A DNA stretch of 63,117 bases, the filler included, from Sphacelaria rigidula (taxonomy: Eukaryota): assembly GCA_964200075.2 (NCBI GenBank). It is 9 parts of 9 records of this genome, joined end to end, with 100 filler letters (N's around TTAATTAATTAA, not from the genome) between each part and the next. Parts side by side here need not be neighbours in the genome. Positions count along the whole stretch, not along the records: positions 1 to 6,925 come from CAXNAA020017373.1; positions 7,026 to 13,950 come from CAXNAA020017374.1; 7 more parts are not named here. One strand, written 5' to 3'. Both the position numbers and the translations under genes were made by a program. Positions 1-12,460 of the stretch are shown piece by piece. Under the pieces are notes generated by a model. It saw nothing but the letters and a program-made list of their open reading frames with translations, did no database searches and was not told the origin of the DNA. How positions within the stretch are numbered: the stretch's first letter is position 1; the number at the start of each line of letters is the position of its first letter.

Positions 1-1237
1 AAGTCAAGAGCACCTCTTCTGCACGTAAAAGTGAGTCCCTGCTTGGCCTTGCGATGCAGTGCTTATCGGACTCGATGGTCTGTTACTCACGAGCTCAAGG
101 GTCATTCCTCTCGACTGTGATTGTTCACTGTGGCCAGCCGCTGACCTCGTGCCACCCCGGGCCGGGCGTGTGCTTTGAGAGTGATGCCAGTATCACCTCG
201 TGATCAGACCACGACATGGTGACCAATCGAGAATGTAAGCAGTACTGCATAGTCGCATCGCTGTAGCGCTGCACTGCTTCGCGTTGTGTGTGCATACGGT
301 GTACAGTAGTGCATCAATCTTGCTTTCTGTTCAGCTTTCTGTTCAGCGTGGGGTCTTCTGAGCAACGACCACGCGTTTAGGTGCCAGAATTATACGTGCC
401 TGTTGGTTACTCGAAGAGACCATCAGCTGGGAAGAACGGAGCTGGGACACCTGGCTGCAGCGTATGCTTGCCACCTTCTGTGCTAACACGACAGCACAGG
501 TACGTCCTGTGATTCATCATTTCACGTGCGCCTGCTTCCGTGTACGAGGACTGTTTTTTCACAACTTCAAAATTCAAATTAAAAAGAGTCCAGGTCGGGA
601 TCTTACAGTACCGCACGTTCGATCAATGTGTGCCATACAGTATCCACAGCGGGCACGCTGTGTACGAAGTGCTCCGTAGGCAGGAGGTAAGTGCTGTTGA
701 TCCACTCCTAGAGAGTGAAGTGCCCCGAGACTGAAACCGGCGAACATGCGTGCGCAAAATACACATGGGCGGCGGTTGTTGGGGCTGTGCACCTGGAGGG
801 ATTGCGAGACGGTAGCCCACGTTCATCATTCAGGTGTGTACTGTAACAGAAAACAGCTCCTGTTAGATCTGGTGCCCAGGTGCCTACCATGTTGGCCAGG
901 TACGTGTTAGCATGGTGTTTGCACCATATTAGCCAGGTACGTGATCGCATGGTGTTTGCACTGTGCAACTTCGTACCTAACAGGACTGCTCGAGCAGTTG
1001 TGCGATCATTCTATGTGAGTCCGAATGAATTTCTGACCAACATACGGGGCTTCTATGCTGGAGTCACCCTGGCGGCGAAACATGTTCAACGCCCGGCAAA
1101 TGACGAATGGCCCCTAGTATGATTGATTGATGTGCGGCATTGTGGAAAGTCATTGCACGGGTCAAGTCGTATGGATTCGCTTCCGCTCCACGCCACAACA
1201 TGTCGCCACTGCATTGTCATTGTGTCGCCATTACATT

Positions 1238-1338
1238 GGATCGTCACAACACTACGTGGGACCATCACTACACTACATGGGACCATCGCTACACTACCGG
1301 GGACCATCACTACACTTCAGAGGACCGTCACTACATGG
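1238..1338. repeat. 21-bp minisatellite (~5 degenerate copies of GGGACCATCACTACACTACAT)
   Basis: Tandem copies are directly visible; they translate as TLRGTITTLHGTIATLPGTITTLQRTVTT. Confidence 0.8.
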
Positions 1339-2794
1339 GTTCCTTCACGCCGGGGAATCGGGGGCAACCAGTGCCGTTGATCGGCAGCAGTAGACACGGC
1401 GTTTGTAAAAGTTATTGTATGCGTGGCTCACGCCTTGACCATTTTTTTTGTTCACCCTGCTTCTACTGTAGCGGTGCGTTTGACTCCTCCCTTCACAATT
1501 GACCCACGTTTTATTCCATTTTGTTTTATTCTATCCTATTCTATTTTTATCTACTATTACATCTTTATTTATTTTTGAAGTTTCGGAATTGCATACGAAC
1601 ATCGGCAGAGCGCGCACTAATACTACAACCCCATCCGCCCCTGCCGCTTTTGCTGTTCGATTTTGCCCGCTCCTGTCGCTCTGAACGTGCCTACGTAATG
1701 CCGCGAGTCATCCTACGGTTGTTGCTATCGCATCATACCATGTTTATACCATCTCCCGCTGGTACTTTTTGCTGTTGATTTTTTTCTCTGTCGATATCAA
1801 CTGTGTTATACTGATGATCCCTTTCCTTCATCGTCTGCATTTAGGAGTCATAGCCCACGGTGCACTATCATTGTCATTTTCTCCTTTCACCGACTCAATC
1901 ATTTTTTTATCTTCCCCTTTTTGCCCCCCTATCTGCCGTATGTTACCCCTTGATTTTCCGCCGTTTGTCTATCTTTCTACAATCAGTTATATTCTCTACT
2001 CCCCGTGGCAATTTTACTCTACAGCCACCTTCGCCGTGTGTTTTTGCTACCTTCATGTTGCAAGCGTACAGCCCCGCCCATCCATGGTGTTTTTTCTTTT
2101 TGCAAATGTTTTACTAGAGCCATTGCCTGACGCACGAAAGTACACCCCAGGTACATTTGTCTTGAGAAACCTGCGATGGCAAAGTCCAGGGACAACCACA
2201 AAGCGCAACGAAAGCCAACTCGGGATAACGGGTGAGATAGGGCACCGACAGCGCCTCTATCAATCGTAGCCAATGGCGGTTTGCTAGACATCTGAGAAGA
2301 TGGTGTAACTATATATCGGGAAGGTTGTAGCGTAAGGTCAACAAGTGGGTGAATCGGAGAAACGGGAGCTGGTGGGCGTCCTGCTGGGCTCTGGACACTG
2401 GGCTGTTCTCCACGGACCCGAAGCAGGTTCTGGTCATCAACAACGGTGAGCTACAAGTATCCCCCTGAGTACTATACTCCATTCGCAGCAAATCAACGCC
2501 ACCTTTTCTGTCGAGTAGAGTCACGTAGCTCCCCAACTGGTAGACCCGAGACCGCCCGAACAGCACCGATTAAGGTTCCGTAACAGGTGTGAGTACTGGT
2601 CATTCCGCACAGTTAGCGAAGGAACGAAGATAGGCGAAGTGCTCTCCGCAGGGAGGGACACGCCTACTTCATCCGACAGACCCCGAACTGGACACAGTGG
2701 CGAATGATCGTGCTCTGTGTAGACCCTGACCAACGCATCCAGTCTGATCGCCAGCAAGGAGACCCTTTGGGAGAACAGGTGCAATCGAATCTGA

Positions 2795-2968
2795 GGGGGG
2801 GCGTACTCACTTGTTGCTTGCCTTGGTCGTTTGACAATTGACCACGCATCCCTTTCGAGACGGAGCACCGCTCCTACTCGTAATAGAGACACCTTCAACA
2901 TTTCGGCACGCATTACGCTTCTTCCGTAGCTCATTACGTTTATCCCATACTCTGCGCAAAAGCATTTT
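2795..2968 (-). repeat. Dispersed repeat family A (poly-G + CGTACTCATTTGTTGCTTGCCTT...GACCACGCATCCCTTTCGAGACGGAGC)
   Basis: Homologous copies at 26771-26815, 28781-28828 (rc), 35175-35240, 39877-39958, 49250-49338 and 55845-56012 (rc). Confidence 0.85.
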
Positions 2969-3274
2969 ACGTAGCTAATACATCAGACGATTTCATGCCT
3001 CCTTCGTTCACGTCCCGCATTTCTCCCTCTAGCACGTGTTGCTCCTCCTTGTACCGTTCACATTGCGCCACTTTATGACTTCTGCTCTCGATTGCTTTGC
3101 CACAGAGGTAGTTTTGTCTATCAAATTCCTCTTTCTGATTACTGGTATACATTTTTCTTTTATTATGTTCCCCCTTTTTCTCAGAGCGTGTTTCGTTTTT
3201 CGTGGGTACGTCTATCATGAGACCACGGCTAGACCCCTGGGGGGTCAGTTGAAGTGCAACAATCAACCAATCAA

Positions 3275-3790
3275 TCAATTAATCTTTACGACAGGTTCGT
3301 GCATCCAAATATCTGCTTGGCTGCTGCTCTCTGTACTGTTTCTAGCTTGCGTTACCAATTTCACGTCCCACTTCCATACTTCTTCTGCATATTCCAGCTG
3401 TGGTATGATCAAGTTCGTCAGGATACATATCTCAATCCTGGCGTCTGAGTGCGAGTCTCTGAGGATCACGTTCTACTTCCTATCTGTGCTTTACCTTTTA
3501 AACTACCTTGTTAATTTGTGCATCCCACGAACAGTATTTTGATATCTTTAAGCCAAGGTATGTATATTGGTCTGGAATCGACAGTTCCCCTCCTCTCCAC
3601 TTCCACCTGAACTTCAGTGGATTTTTCCCATCCTCGTTACAGACGAGTATCACGCATATTTTCACATTCGTTATCTCTCTCATTCGCTGTTCGCTGTCAC
3701 TCTCCATTGCCCACAGTAGTGTGTTCTTGCGCCTTGTCTATCTCTTTTTGCAATCCTTCCACTGTTTCTGAAAACCCCACAAAACCGTTG
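3275..3790 (-). mobile_element. Degenerate non-LTR (LINE) retrotransposon, C-terminal part of the RT domain
   Basis: Frameshifted pieces GFVGFSETVEGLQKEIDKA / NVKICVILVCNED...WKWRGGELSIPDQYTYLGLKIS..SWDAQINKV / ILTNLIIPQLEYAEEVW match LINE RT motifs after the catalytic DD (YxYLG, WxxHI, PxLEY). Confidence 0.75.
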
Positions 3791-3999
3791 GACCTGGGGG
3801 GAAAACAACGGCCGAAACGGTAGGTGAGAGGCGATCTGAGTACGAAATAAAAGCGATACCTGGGAGTCGATGCGGAGGAGCTGCCGGCGGTTCCAAAATA
3901 ACGATGAGCACTCGAAAATTTAGCAGTAGGCGCCTCCCTCTCCACGATACGTGACCGCTCCCTTTCGTCAACAAGCACGAAAGATCTCACGCAAGATGT

Positions 4000-5440
4000 G
4001 CTGTCATGCCGTTGCAGGAGGCACAAGAGGTCAAGCAGTCGCCAAACAGCCATCAGGTAGGGGCGTGTGGTAGACCCATGGGGCGAGGTGATCAACTTGC
4101 CAACAATTGAGGTAATGTTGCACTCACATACACATACATCTGCAGGCACTTGACCTCGCTTCTCGATCCCCAGTTGATTTTCCACAGCCATCAAAACAAG
4201 TCAACGGGGTAAGCAGTGCCCCTGCAGAATGTGCCTAATTTGCTGTGCCCCTCAAAAGATCGCGGAACAGAGGCGAAGAGTTAAGCGTGGAGGCAGTCAC
4301 CCATTTGGGCAGGTGACTGAAAGAAGGCATCCTTTCCAAAGCGTCAGATCTCCCACGCGGTAAGAACGCAGTCGTGAGACCAGGAGGATGAGTACTGGAT
4401 ATGTTGTCAGAGCTTTGCAAGTCAGGTGGGAACACGTCTCATTGGCCCCTTGAAACAGGCGCACATTGCTTGACACGCTGCTCCCTTCCCCGAGTTGCCG
4501 TGTCGACGCGAAAACACACATATCTAAGCTTACCTTCACGTATATCACAAGAAGCAGAACCGAGTGCAGGACTGGACCCACTCGTAGAACAGCGCGAATA
4601 GCACCTATGCGAGGTAAGGCTGGTGGTGGATCCGGAAGGTGAGATCTCAATGTCGGGATGGCCACGGCAGGAAATTGCAGCACGAGTACACGGTACATTG
4701 AAAGTTGGCAAGGATTAATGACGGCACGCGGTCTGGAGGTGGTGATGCAAGGACACAAAATACGTACGCGCAAGATAGTCCGCCATAGGTCGAACCACAC
4801 ACCGTTACCTGCCCTACCTGAGATATTCAACCGCTGACGGGTCCGCCTAGTTTGGTTGAACACCAGACCTCGGGGTGACGCCAACCTTTGAAAACCCCAC
4901 ACCCCACCTCCTCACCCTGAAACACCGTCGCGAGTCTAAATCCCCCCCCAAAAAACAAACGGGTTGGAAATAGCGAGCAAAGGCCCAGGATGGAGCAATA
5001 TCAAAAGCTACCAGGAAGTAGAGTCCTGGAAAGCCTGATACTTCCCGAGTGGACGGGTTCCACGCCCTTTGGCAGCTGCACCACCCAGCCAAGGCATCAA
5101 GTATGCTATCCCGCCCGAGCACGCCATGTCCCTCTGTCGCGCAGTGATGTTCTGAACTTGTTTCCTCATAGGTTTCGCCTTCCGAGAGGATATTGACGAC
5201 GCTCAGCAAAAAGGACAAGTATTTGACGACGGTGAACGCTTCGAAAGAACTGATGAGACGAAGACTGCGGGGAGTCTTCAACAAGTGAAGAGCTCCAGCA
5301 AGTGACCCAGACGAGCGAGTCGATGGCATTGAGCGAGCGAAGCAGAGAAAAGCATTAACATTGTACGAAGGGAAGCTGGAGACCATTTTGTGGTGCATTA
5401 CAGGAGCGAGCAGCGCTTTGTATTTGTATTTGTATTTTTA
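4000..5440 (+). mobile_element. Possible highly degenerate LINE 3' region (zinc-finger-like remnant, (TTTGTA)n tail)
   Basis: Broken coding-like frames with PPK..GWK and CP(L/S) remnants, ending at a TTTGTA x3 repeat near 5417-5437. Weak. Confidence 0.25.
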
Positions 5441-6925
5441 TGTATAGTAATGAGCAGTAGTTAGTTCAGTACTGTTTCTTTATTTTTATTGGAACAGCTG
5501 TTCAGTACTTTTTTCTACTCTTTTCGGGTCTGTTTTCACTCGTGTTTTCCCGTTGATTATGAACTCGGATATATACTATGTATCGTTCCCGGCTTTATTT
5601 TCTCACCTTACAACGTTTGATCTTGATTTTTTTTTGGGGGGGGCGCCTTCTCGATTTGTTTGCCTCGTTTTTTCGGAGCAGAACTTCCTCCTCAGGGCCC
5701 CATCCTTTTTTCCTCTCTTCGGTTATCTCTAGTCTGGATTCCATTTGTTCTTCCCTATCCCGTTTTGGTTTATTTTGATTTCGGAGGACCTGATCCTTTT
5801 TCTCGTGTCAGTCCTATGTTTTTTACTGTTTTCATGTTTCATGAGCTGTTTTTTTCGTGTTACTAACGTGATGGGTCCTTTCTAGTTTTCTTTCATGTTT
5901 CAGTTGCCTTTCTCCCTCCTCTTTTTGCTGTGGGCCTGGTTCGTTCCTCCAGCACCATTTTTCGGTTTCCCATTTCCTTTACATCTTTTCGCGGAGTTGA
6001 TCTAGGCCCGCCCTTTGTTTTTTTTTTCGGTATTGCATTCCACGGAGATTATTGATTTCTTGGTTTTATCAGACCTGTTTCCACCCTTTGTTTCACGTAC
6101 CCGGTTCGTTCATCACGTGTCTTCGTCCTCGAAGAACGTTGATCCGATTTTAGGGTGCCCCACCCCTTTCGAGTAGAGCATATCATATCGTGGAGTGAGC
6201 ACGGTACAAAAAGAGTGGGCACCGAGTACCTGCTTGGACACGGTACCATGACGGAACTGTTGATCTAAGATATAGGAGTCCCCCTGTGTCCAGTAGGTCA
6301 GTTGCTGCTGGTCGGTGAGAGAAAAGCCTGCGCACTCCCATCAGCCAGTGCGCCTTCTTGGGGTTCTTTTAGTGAGTCAGCTCTCTTCGCGAGTCCTACA
6401 CTACCCGGGATTGTAAATCAATCAAGGGTGTCTAAGCGCCGTTACCATCGGAAAATAGTCACCGACTATTCTCCGTGGTTTCGGTTCCCAGTGTAACTGG
6501 GATCCCGGGACGACATAGCACATACATGCAAAAGCACTCGCTATGATGCGAAAGGGCGCGAGAGATTTTTTCCCCAAGCGATTAGGCCTTTTCCTGAAAA
6601 CCAGGTTTTGCCCATCCTTCCAGTTTCATGACGAGTTTTTACCGCGGTTAATCTTAGCCCCGAAATCCTGCGGTTTTCTCGTCGCTACCGTGATCTTGGG
6701 CTGATGGCATACCAAGTGGAGGAAATTTCCCCGGAGTGAATTGAGCTGCGACTTTCCTTACCTTCCATTAGCAGCGTCCACGAAGCAAGGGAGGGAGATG
6801 TTACGGCGGATATCGACTGTATGTGTAGTAGGCGTTTTGCAGTACGCGTGGCAAGTGCAGTAGGTCTTATTCCATTCGCATGTTGATGTTGTATTCCAAT
6901 CGGGCGTCCTTGACCGGAGCCCACC

Positions 6926-7025
6926 NNNNNNNNNNNNNNNNNNNNNNNNNNNNNNNNNNNNNNNNNNNNTTAATTAATTAANNNNNNNNNNNNNNNNNNN
7001 NNNNNNNNNNNNNNNNNNNNNNNNN
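6926..7025. other. Artificial contig spacer N44-TTAATTAATTAA-N44
   Basis: Identical 100-nt spacer with stops in all six frames. Also at 13951-14050, 20976-21075, 28000-28099, 35024-35123, 42048-42147, 49072-49171 and 56095-56194. Confidence 0.98.
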
Positions 7026-7974
7026 CAAGAAATCAGCCAACTGTGTAATCGAGCATACTTACGCTCCAGGATCTGCCTGGATACGAAGGAAATAGTTTTG
7101 GGGATTGGATCATGACGTGCAGGGGAAATACGAATAAGAGATCATTCTGTTATTTAAGGTATACCCTATGTAGTGGTTGCAGTGCATATCTGCTGGGGCG
7201 GCACACGCCTTTTCGCGTGCCGAAAATCTGGGATTATGACATGTCAGTTCGTATGAGCGTTTTTCCCAGGTATTAGTACCCCACTTCATTCAGTGGATTC
7301 AGTATGTGTTCGTGAGTGGGTGTGCGGTGTTATGTGTCGGTTCTGATTCGGTGGTGGTTTCAGCAGGTGTGTGTTATGTTAAAGTGGGCAAATATGGGTA
7401 CATTAATTATATAAATGATATCTGGTCTCAACTGGCCACGGCAGGTCTACAACTTCCCCGGCAACGCACCCGGTGCATGAGGCTTTTTATTACTGTGTAC
7501 ATCTCGTACATCCACGATTGTGTACCGTCCCACCGACTTCCGACACAAACTCAGCAATCGCTGACTAACCGCCTCCTTGCCAAAGAATTTTCCCGCTGTC
7601 GACTTCAGGCGGTGAAAAGCACACCAATGGTGCTCCGCCACGATGGTTTCTTGCCATGTTGCCTGTCTCAAGCTCGCGGCCAGCCTTCAACATCGATGGC
7701 TCGTACTTCAGCTCTATTTTTTTCGTTCAATAATGAAAGAGACCAGAAATGACGGCTGTATTTTTTTCTCATGAATATTCAATGGGCTACTTTTATTCAG
7801 CGAAATTCCGAGCCAAGTACGCCATGGTCGCAATGGTCTTACCTTTCAGAACTGGCCCATATTTGACGTATTTTTCCGGCTCTTGTGAAGCCAAAACGCG
7901 TAAAAACGTGCCTCCGACACGGCGCCTCTGCGGAGCCCTCCGGGGGCACTTCCGCTGGGGCTCTCTCTGCCGGA

Positions 7975-8283
7975 GGGGGGAGGGGGGTTCTCATGATCAT
8001 GCACTTCATAGTCATGGGACCATTGACCTCGCACCCCTACAAAGCCCGGACGGAGCGCGCGGGGTTTTCGCCGGACCAGACTCGCACTCAATAACCAAGC
8101 GCGGAGCGCCGTGGTGTGGTCGGCGAGTCGCATGAAGGGTTACCTACATCCTGCTAAGATTGTTCGACCCGAAGTCTACTGATTATTCTGCATTTGAATG
8201 ACAGCCAACAATGAGTTGCTCCACTTTCTGGTATCGCCACTTCCAGACACAGCAACGGCTATTACACTGCCTCATGGGTGTCG
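7975..8283 (+). repeat. Dispersed repeat family B
   Basis: Aligns by eye with 38652-38861 (same strand: CTCGCACTCAAT..CCAAGCGCG.AGCGCCGTGGTGTG...ACACTGCCTCATGGGTGTC) and with ~17360-17540 (reverse strand). Confidence 0.8.
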
Positions 8284-8483
8284 AACCATCCACGATGGGG
8301 AGGGGGGGGGCGTGATCGTGTGGAAAAAAATATATATTTCTTGTAACTGTTGTAATTTGTGCCTCGAGTACAAGAGACAAAATGTATTGGTGCCAAGCCA
8401 TCTTTCAACGGAAAAAATACGGGCACAACGTCATCACCCACGTGTCCATACTCTTGATACTATCGTGTCAGGTGAATTGCCTC

Positions 8484-8999
8484 TGAAAGAACGAGGTAGT
8501 TCTGGATGTACCGTGATATCTCAAGGAGATGCACAGAGCCAGCACCAAGTGGCGGTAGAGCACACTTGCTTGTCGAAAAGACTGATGTTGGAAATTGGCG
8601 CTTATATGGCCGAGAACCTCAGTGAAGAGAGTGAAGAAGAAAAGGAGAGGGAGAGGGTGTGGGGACAACTCACAAGTACCCTCGGATCAATGCGCTACGC
8701 CTAAGTTCTTACTTATGAAATATTCTTACTTATGAGAATCCTACGACTTTACATCAACCCGACAGAACTCTAGAACAACGTAATGAGAGTCCTAGAACTT
8801 TACATCAACCCGACAGAACTCTAGATCAAAGTCATGAGAATCCTAGAACTTTACATCAACCCGAAAGAGACGGAAGCTCCGCTAACAATGTTAGACAGAA
8901 CAGTTGTAATCCTCTGAGGATGCGAAAGTTGTACTGCTATTTACCCGATATGAGCGACTATCGAAATAAGAGACCAATAACAAATCTGTTGTTCTAACA
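8484..8999 (-). repeat. 3' LTR of the copia element (516 bp)
   Basis: Direct repeat of 12473-12935. On the minus strand it begins TGTTAG immediately after a G-rich PPT. Confidence 0.9.
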
Positions 9000-9009
9000 C
9001 GCCCCCGCG
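9000..9009 (-). promoter_or_regulatory. Polypurine tract (CGCGGGGGCG) of the copia element
   Basis: G-rich tract abutting the 3' LTR start TG. Confidence 0.7.
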
Positions 9010-9312
9010 ATGGAAGCCTATATCGATGAATGCTACGAAGTTCGCCCCCGTGATGGAAGCTTTCTACAGAGAAGGTTGAACAGGCACGCTGACAAATATC
9101 ATTACCGATGTCCTGACCGTCCGAAAAAAATAAGGAAAGGCGAAGCAAAAACAAAGTATTCTCATAATGCAGCCGTCGTTACGCTACATGCACAAGAAGG
9201 AAACCGTTGATACAGTCCGCTAAGTAAGTAGTCCAAGCTAAACCATCCTGGTAATCCAAGAAAAGCAAACAAAAACAAAAAGTAGAACCGCGAAGAAAAG
9301 CTGTGGAATTCC

Positions 9313-10002
9313 TCAAGTTGAAACGTGGTGACGTGGTAGCTTGCCCTGCTGGAGGTCCGGTCCCCCGAGGATGGCCGCAAGCATCTCCGTGAAGAGGGGC
9401 CTAGCCAAAAACTTGGTGAGGATGTCGCTGAGCTGACCCTTCATGGAGACGTGGTCGATGATAATCTTGTCGTCGGTGATCCAATCGCGAAGGTCAGCGA
9501 ACCTGATCGCGACGTGTTTGCTCCTGCTGCTGTACGAGCCTTGTCCCGCGAGTAGCAGGGCGCTTTTGTTGTCGCAAAATATGCGGGCGCTGCGGAAGGT
9601 CCTCCATCCGAGCTCTCCGAGGATACCACACAGGTAAATGCCTTGTTTTGCACAAGAGCTCATGGCAACCAGCTCCGCTTCGGTGGTAGATAGAGCCGAG
9701 ATTTTCTGAACGCTAGCCGAGAAGTGTATGACACCCCCAGCAGGGGGGTAGATGCTCCCTGATGTAGACCTAACCTTCTCCGGGTTGCCCGTGCCGTAAG
9801 AGGCGTAACAGAACCCAGTGAGTTCGAAGCTGCTATTCCGGCTGTAGGTGATGCGAATGTCAGGGGTGCCGCGCAGGTATCGCAGAATGCGTTTCACGGC
9901 CCCCATGTGTACTGAGGTCGGCTTGCTCATCAACCGTGCCGCCTGTGACACTGCGAAGCAGATGTCCACGCGGGTACACTGGCAAAAGATGAGGGACCCC
10001 AC
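9313..10002 (-). pseudogene. Copia pol: RT C-terminus and RNase H
   Basis: GSLIF..TRVDICFAVSQ, AVKRILRYLRGT, RSTSG, ALSTTEAELVA, IFCDNKSA, RSKHVAIRF and QLSDILTK are canonical Ty1/copia motifs. Confidence 0.92.
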
Positions 10003-10008
10003 GGTGCT

Positions 10009-10700
10009 CTAGTAGTCGAGAGTGTCATCGATGTCGAGCGGTACGCTGCCTTCGGGCTCCACGGTCAGCTCGTTGCCGATTCCAGTGAGCATGATGTAGT
10101 CGTCTCCGCTGCCCTTGACGTATACGCACGCGTCGCTCACGGTCGATTCGAAGCCGAGTGCTAGCAGATTGCCGTCGATGGTGCTGTTCCATGCTTTTGG
10201 TGACTGCCGCAGCCTGTAGATGGACTGTTGCAGCTTCATGAGGAGAAGTCGCCCCCGCGAGTTCTTTTTTTCGAACCCCGGCGCCTGCCGGGGGAAGGCT
10301 TCTTCCTCGAGCTTCCCGTTGAGAAATGCTGTTGAGAAGTCCATGGCTGAGACGCTCCATCGGTTACAGCGGCGATGGCGAGAAGAAGGCGTTGACTCTC
10401 GATCCGGCAGACCGCCGCAAACGTGCTGCCGCAGTCTATGCCGTGCCTCTGCGTCCAGCCCGTTCCGACGACTCTGCCTTTGAATCGCCCATCCGTTTTT
10501 ACCTTGAACACCCAGCGTGAGCAGATGATGTTATGGCCTGGAGGAACTGCTTCCGGAGGGACCAACTCGAAAACCTGGAGGTCGATGAGGCTCTGGTGCT
10601 CCTTTCGCGCGGCCGTCAGCCATTCCGCAAAATGAGGCGAGGCCATTGCCTCTTCAAAGGTGTTGGGTACAGGGATGGCCCCTGGAGTAGCGACCTTGTG
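10009..10700 (-). pseudogene. Copia reverse transcriptase N-terminal part (frameshifted, YVDD region missing)
   Basis: PNTFEEAM, SRWVFKVKTDGRFKGRVV, MDFSTAFLNGKLEEE, SIYRLRQSPKAW and SDACVYVK are present; no YVDD follows YIMLT. Confidence 0.88.
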
Positions 10701-10854
10701 TAGCCTCACAACGCTGATGTAGTGACTCACTTGTTGCATAAGCGAGTACGACTCTGCGAAGTCCACGGCAAGCGCCAGCTGGCGAAACGCCCGCGCTTGG
10801 TTCAGGCCGGAGAAAACTTCCTTGTGGCGGTAGCCGCGGGTTTCGGAGATGAGG

Positions 10855-12306
10855 ATGTCCTTGATAAGGTGGCTGTCAACGAAATGTGACAATGCTCCGC
10901 AGTCCGACGTCATGGTTAACTGGACTGGATCTGGAGTAGGTGAGTCGGCTGCCAGGAAAGAGTAGCCAATGCCGGACGGGGGGGCGGTAGATAGGTTGTT
11001 ATATGGTGTAGTCGTCGCTGACGGCGCGGGCGTAGCCGCTGCCGCTGGAGGTGGAGCCGTTGCTGTAGTCGTAGAGTCCACGGTGACAACCGTGTTGGCC
11101 TGTCCTGAGGTCGATCCTCCGCCACTCCGGCGTCCGTTGTTGTTGCTGCGGTTCCGACCTCCGCCGCCGGTGCTGCCGCCGCCGTTGCGACCGGCTCCGT
11201 CGGTCCCGTTGGAGCCGCCTTTCCTTTGCCGTTGCTGCTTCATGCAGTCGGCGTTGTCGTGGAGATGTGTTTTGTGGTAGCTGCACCACCAGTTGCTTCT
11301 CTGGCCAGATGTGGATGACGAGCCAGCGTCGCGATCGCGTTGCAGGATGAAACAGGACGACTTGTTGTGTCCAGGCTTGTTGCAGAAATCGCACGTGCCC
11401 CGAAACGATGGAGTCGCAGTCATAGCGGACTCGCGCCCTTTCGTGCGCGATGGCGCCGACAATTCGCCGCGCGCCACACGATTGGCGAACATGTTCCGAG
11501 CAGTGGTCTTAATATCTTCGAGCGTCATCTCGGGGTCCCTCTCCGCCGCAGAGCGAAGTGTCTCGTATTCACCAGTCAGGCCCTCGAGAATGAGGTCCTG
11601 CATGCGGGCGTCAGATACGGGCTCGTTGATCTGTTCTGGCTCGTCCCGCTTTTGACGCATGGCCAGGATGTACTCGTCCGGGTCTTGATTGGGCTTTATA
11701 AGATGTTTTCTGGAGACCCCGCATCAAAATGCGCCGTCTTTGTGACGAATAATTGAGGTATTTCTTGTTCAGAGCATTTCATGCAGCTTGGCCGTTCGGC
11801 TTTTGGCCCTCGCGCGCGGCAAGGCAACTGACGGAGCTGTTGGCCGCTCCCTTGGTGGACAGCAGGAGAACGCTAGAGAGCTGCATGTTGTAGCCATCCC
11901 AAGCGTCCAGTTCTGTTTGGTTGCTGATCATCGTATCGGCGAACAGGTCGTCGGTAGTGACTGTTGACGCGGGGATTTCCGCGGAGCGCCCGCCGAGCAG
12001 GCCGCCCTCAGCTCCGCTGGCCACGGTTCCTCCGGTCCACCCGGAGTCAGCGCTGGCGCCGGTGTCGCCCCCTGAGCCTCTCGTCCTGCGGGTTGAGACG
12101 GCTAGGGTGGTCGCAGTCCTCTGCAGAGTCCTGCGCTCGTAGGTGACGGCGGGTCGAGGCTCGCCGTCCAGAATCCGAGAAATTTCGGGATGAAGGTCAG
12201 CCGTTGCGCGGAGTGTCCGCCACGGCACGAAGTGGTGACCATCGATCTTGCTGATACTCCTGATGAGTTGAATAGCCGCCGAAGTTGACTCTCCCATGAT
12301 AGGCAC
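10855..12306 (-). pseudogene. Copia gag (CCHC zinc knuckle) and protease remnant
   Basis: ILEGLTGEYETLR (gag), CDFCNKPGHNKSSC knuckle, WCSYHKTHLHDNADC, and protease-like DCGALSHF; frame broken near 11660-11780. Confidence 0.85.
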
Positions 12307-12460
12307 TGGCGGTTGAACTAGAAGTAGTTGAAGATGGAGAAGATATCTCGTCGGAATTATTCTAGGCGAAAATCTCCGGAGAATTGCGGTGGTCCTCGGA
12401 GGATGCAGGTTGAAGTGACGGACCTAGAAGAGCGTCGATGCGGTGTGCTGATCACGACCA

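Noticed and set aside
340..1200. Possible short-exon gene (GTACGT/GTAAGT donors at ~499, ~687, ~900)
   Set aside because: I could not build a phase-consistent open frame or recognise a product.
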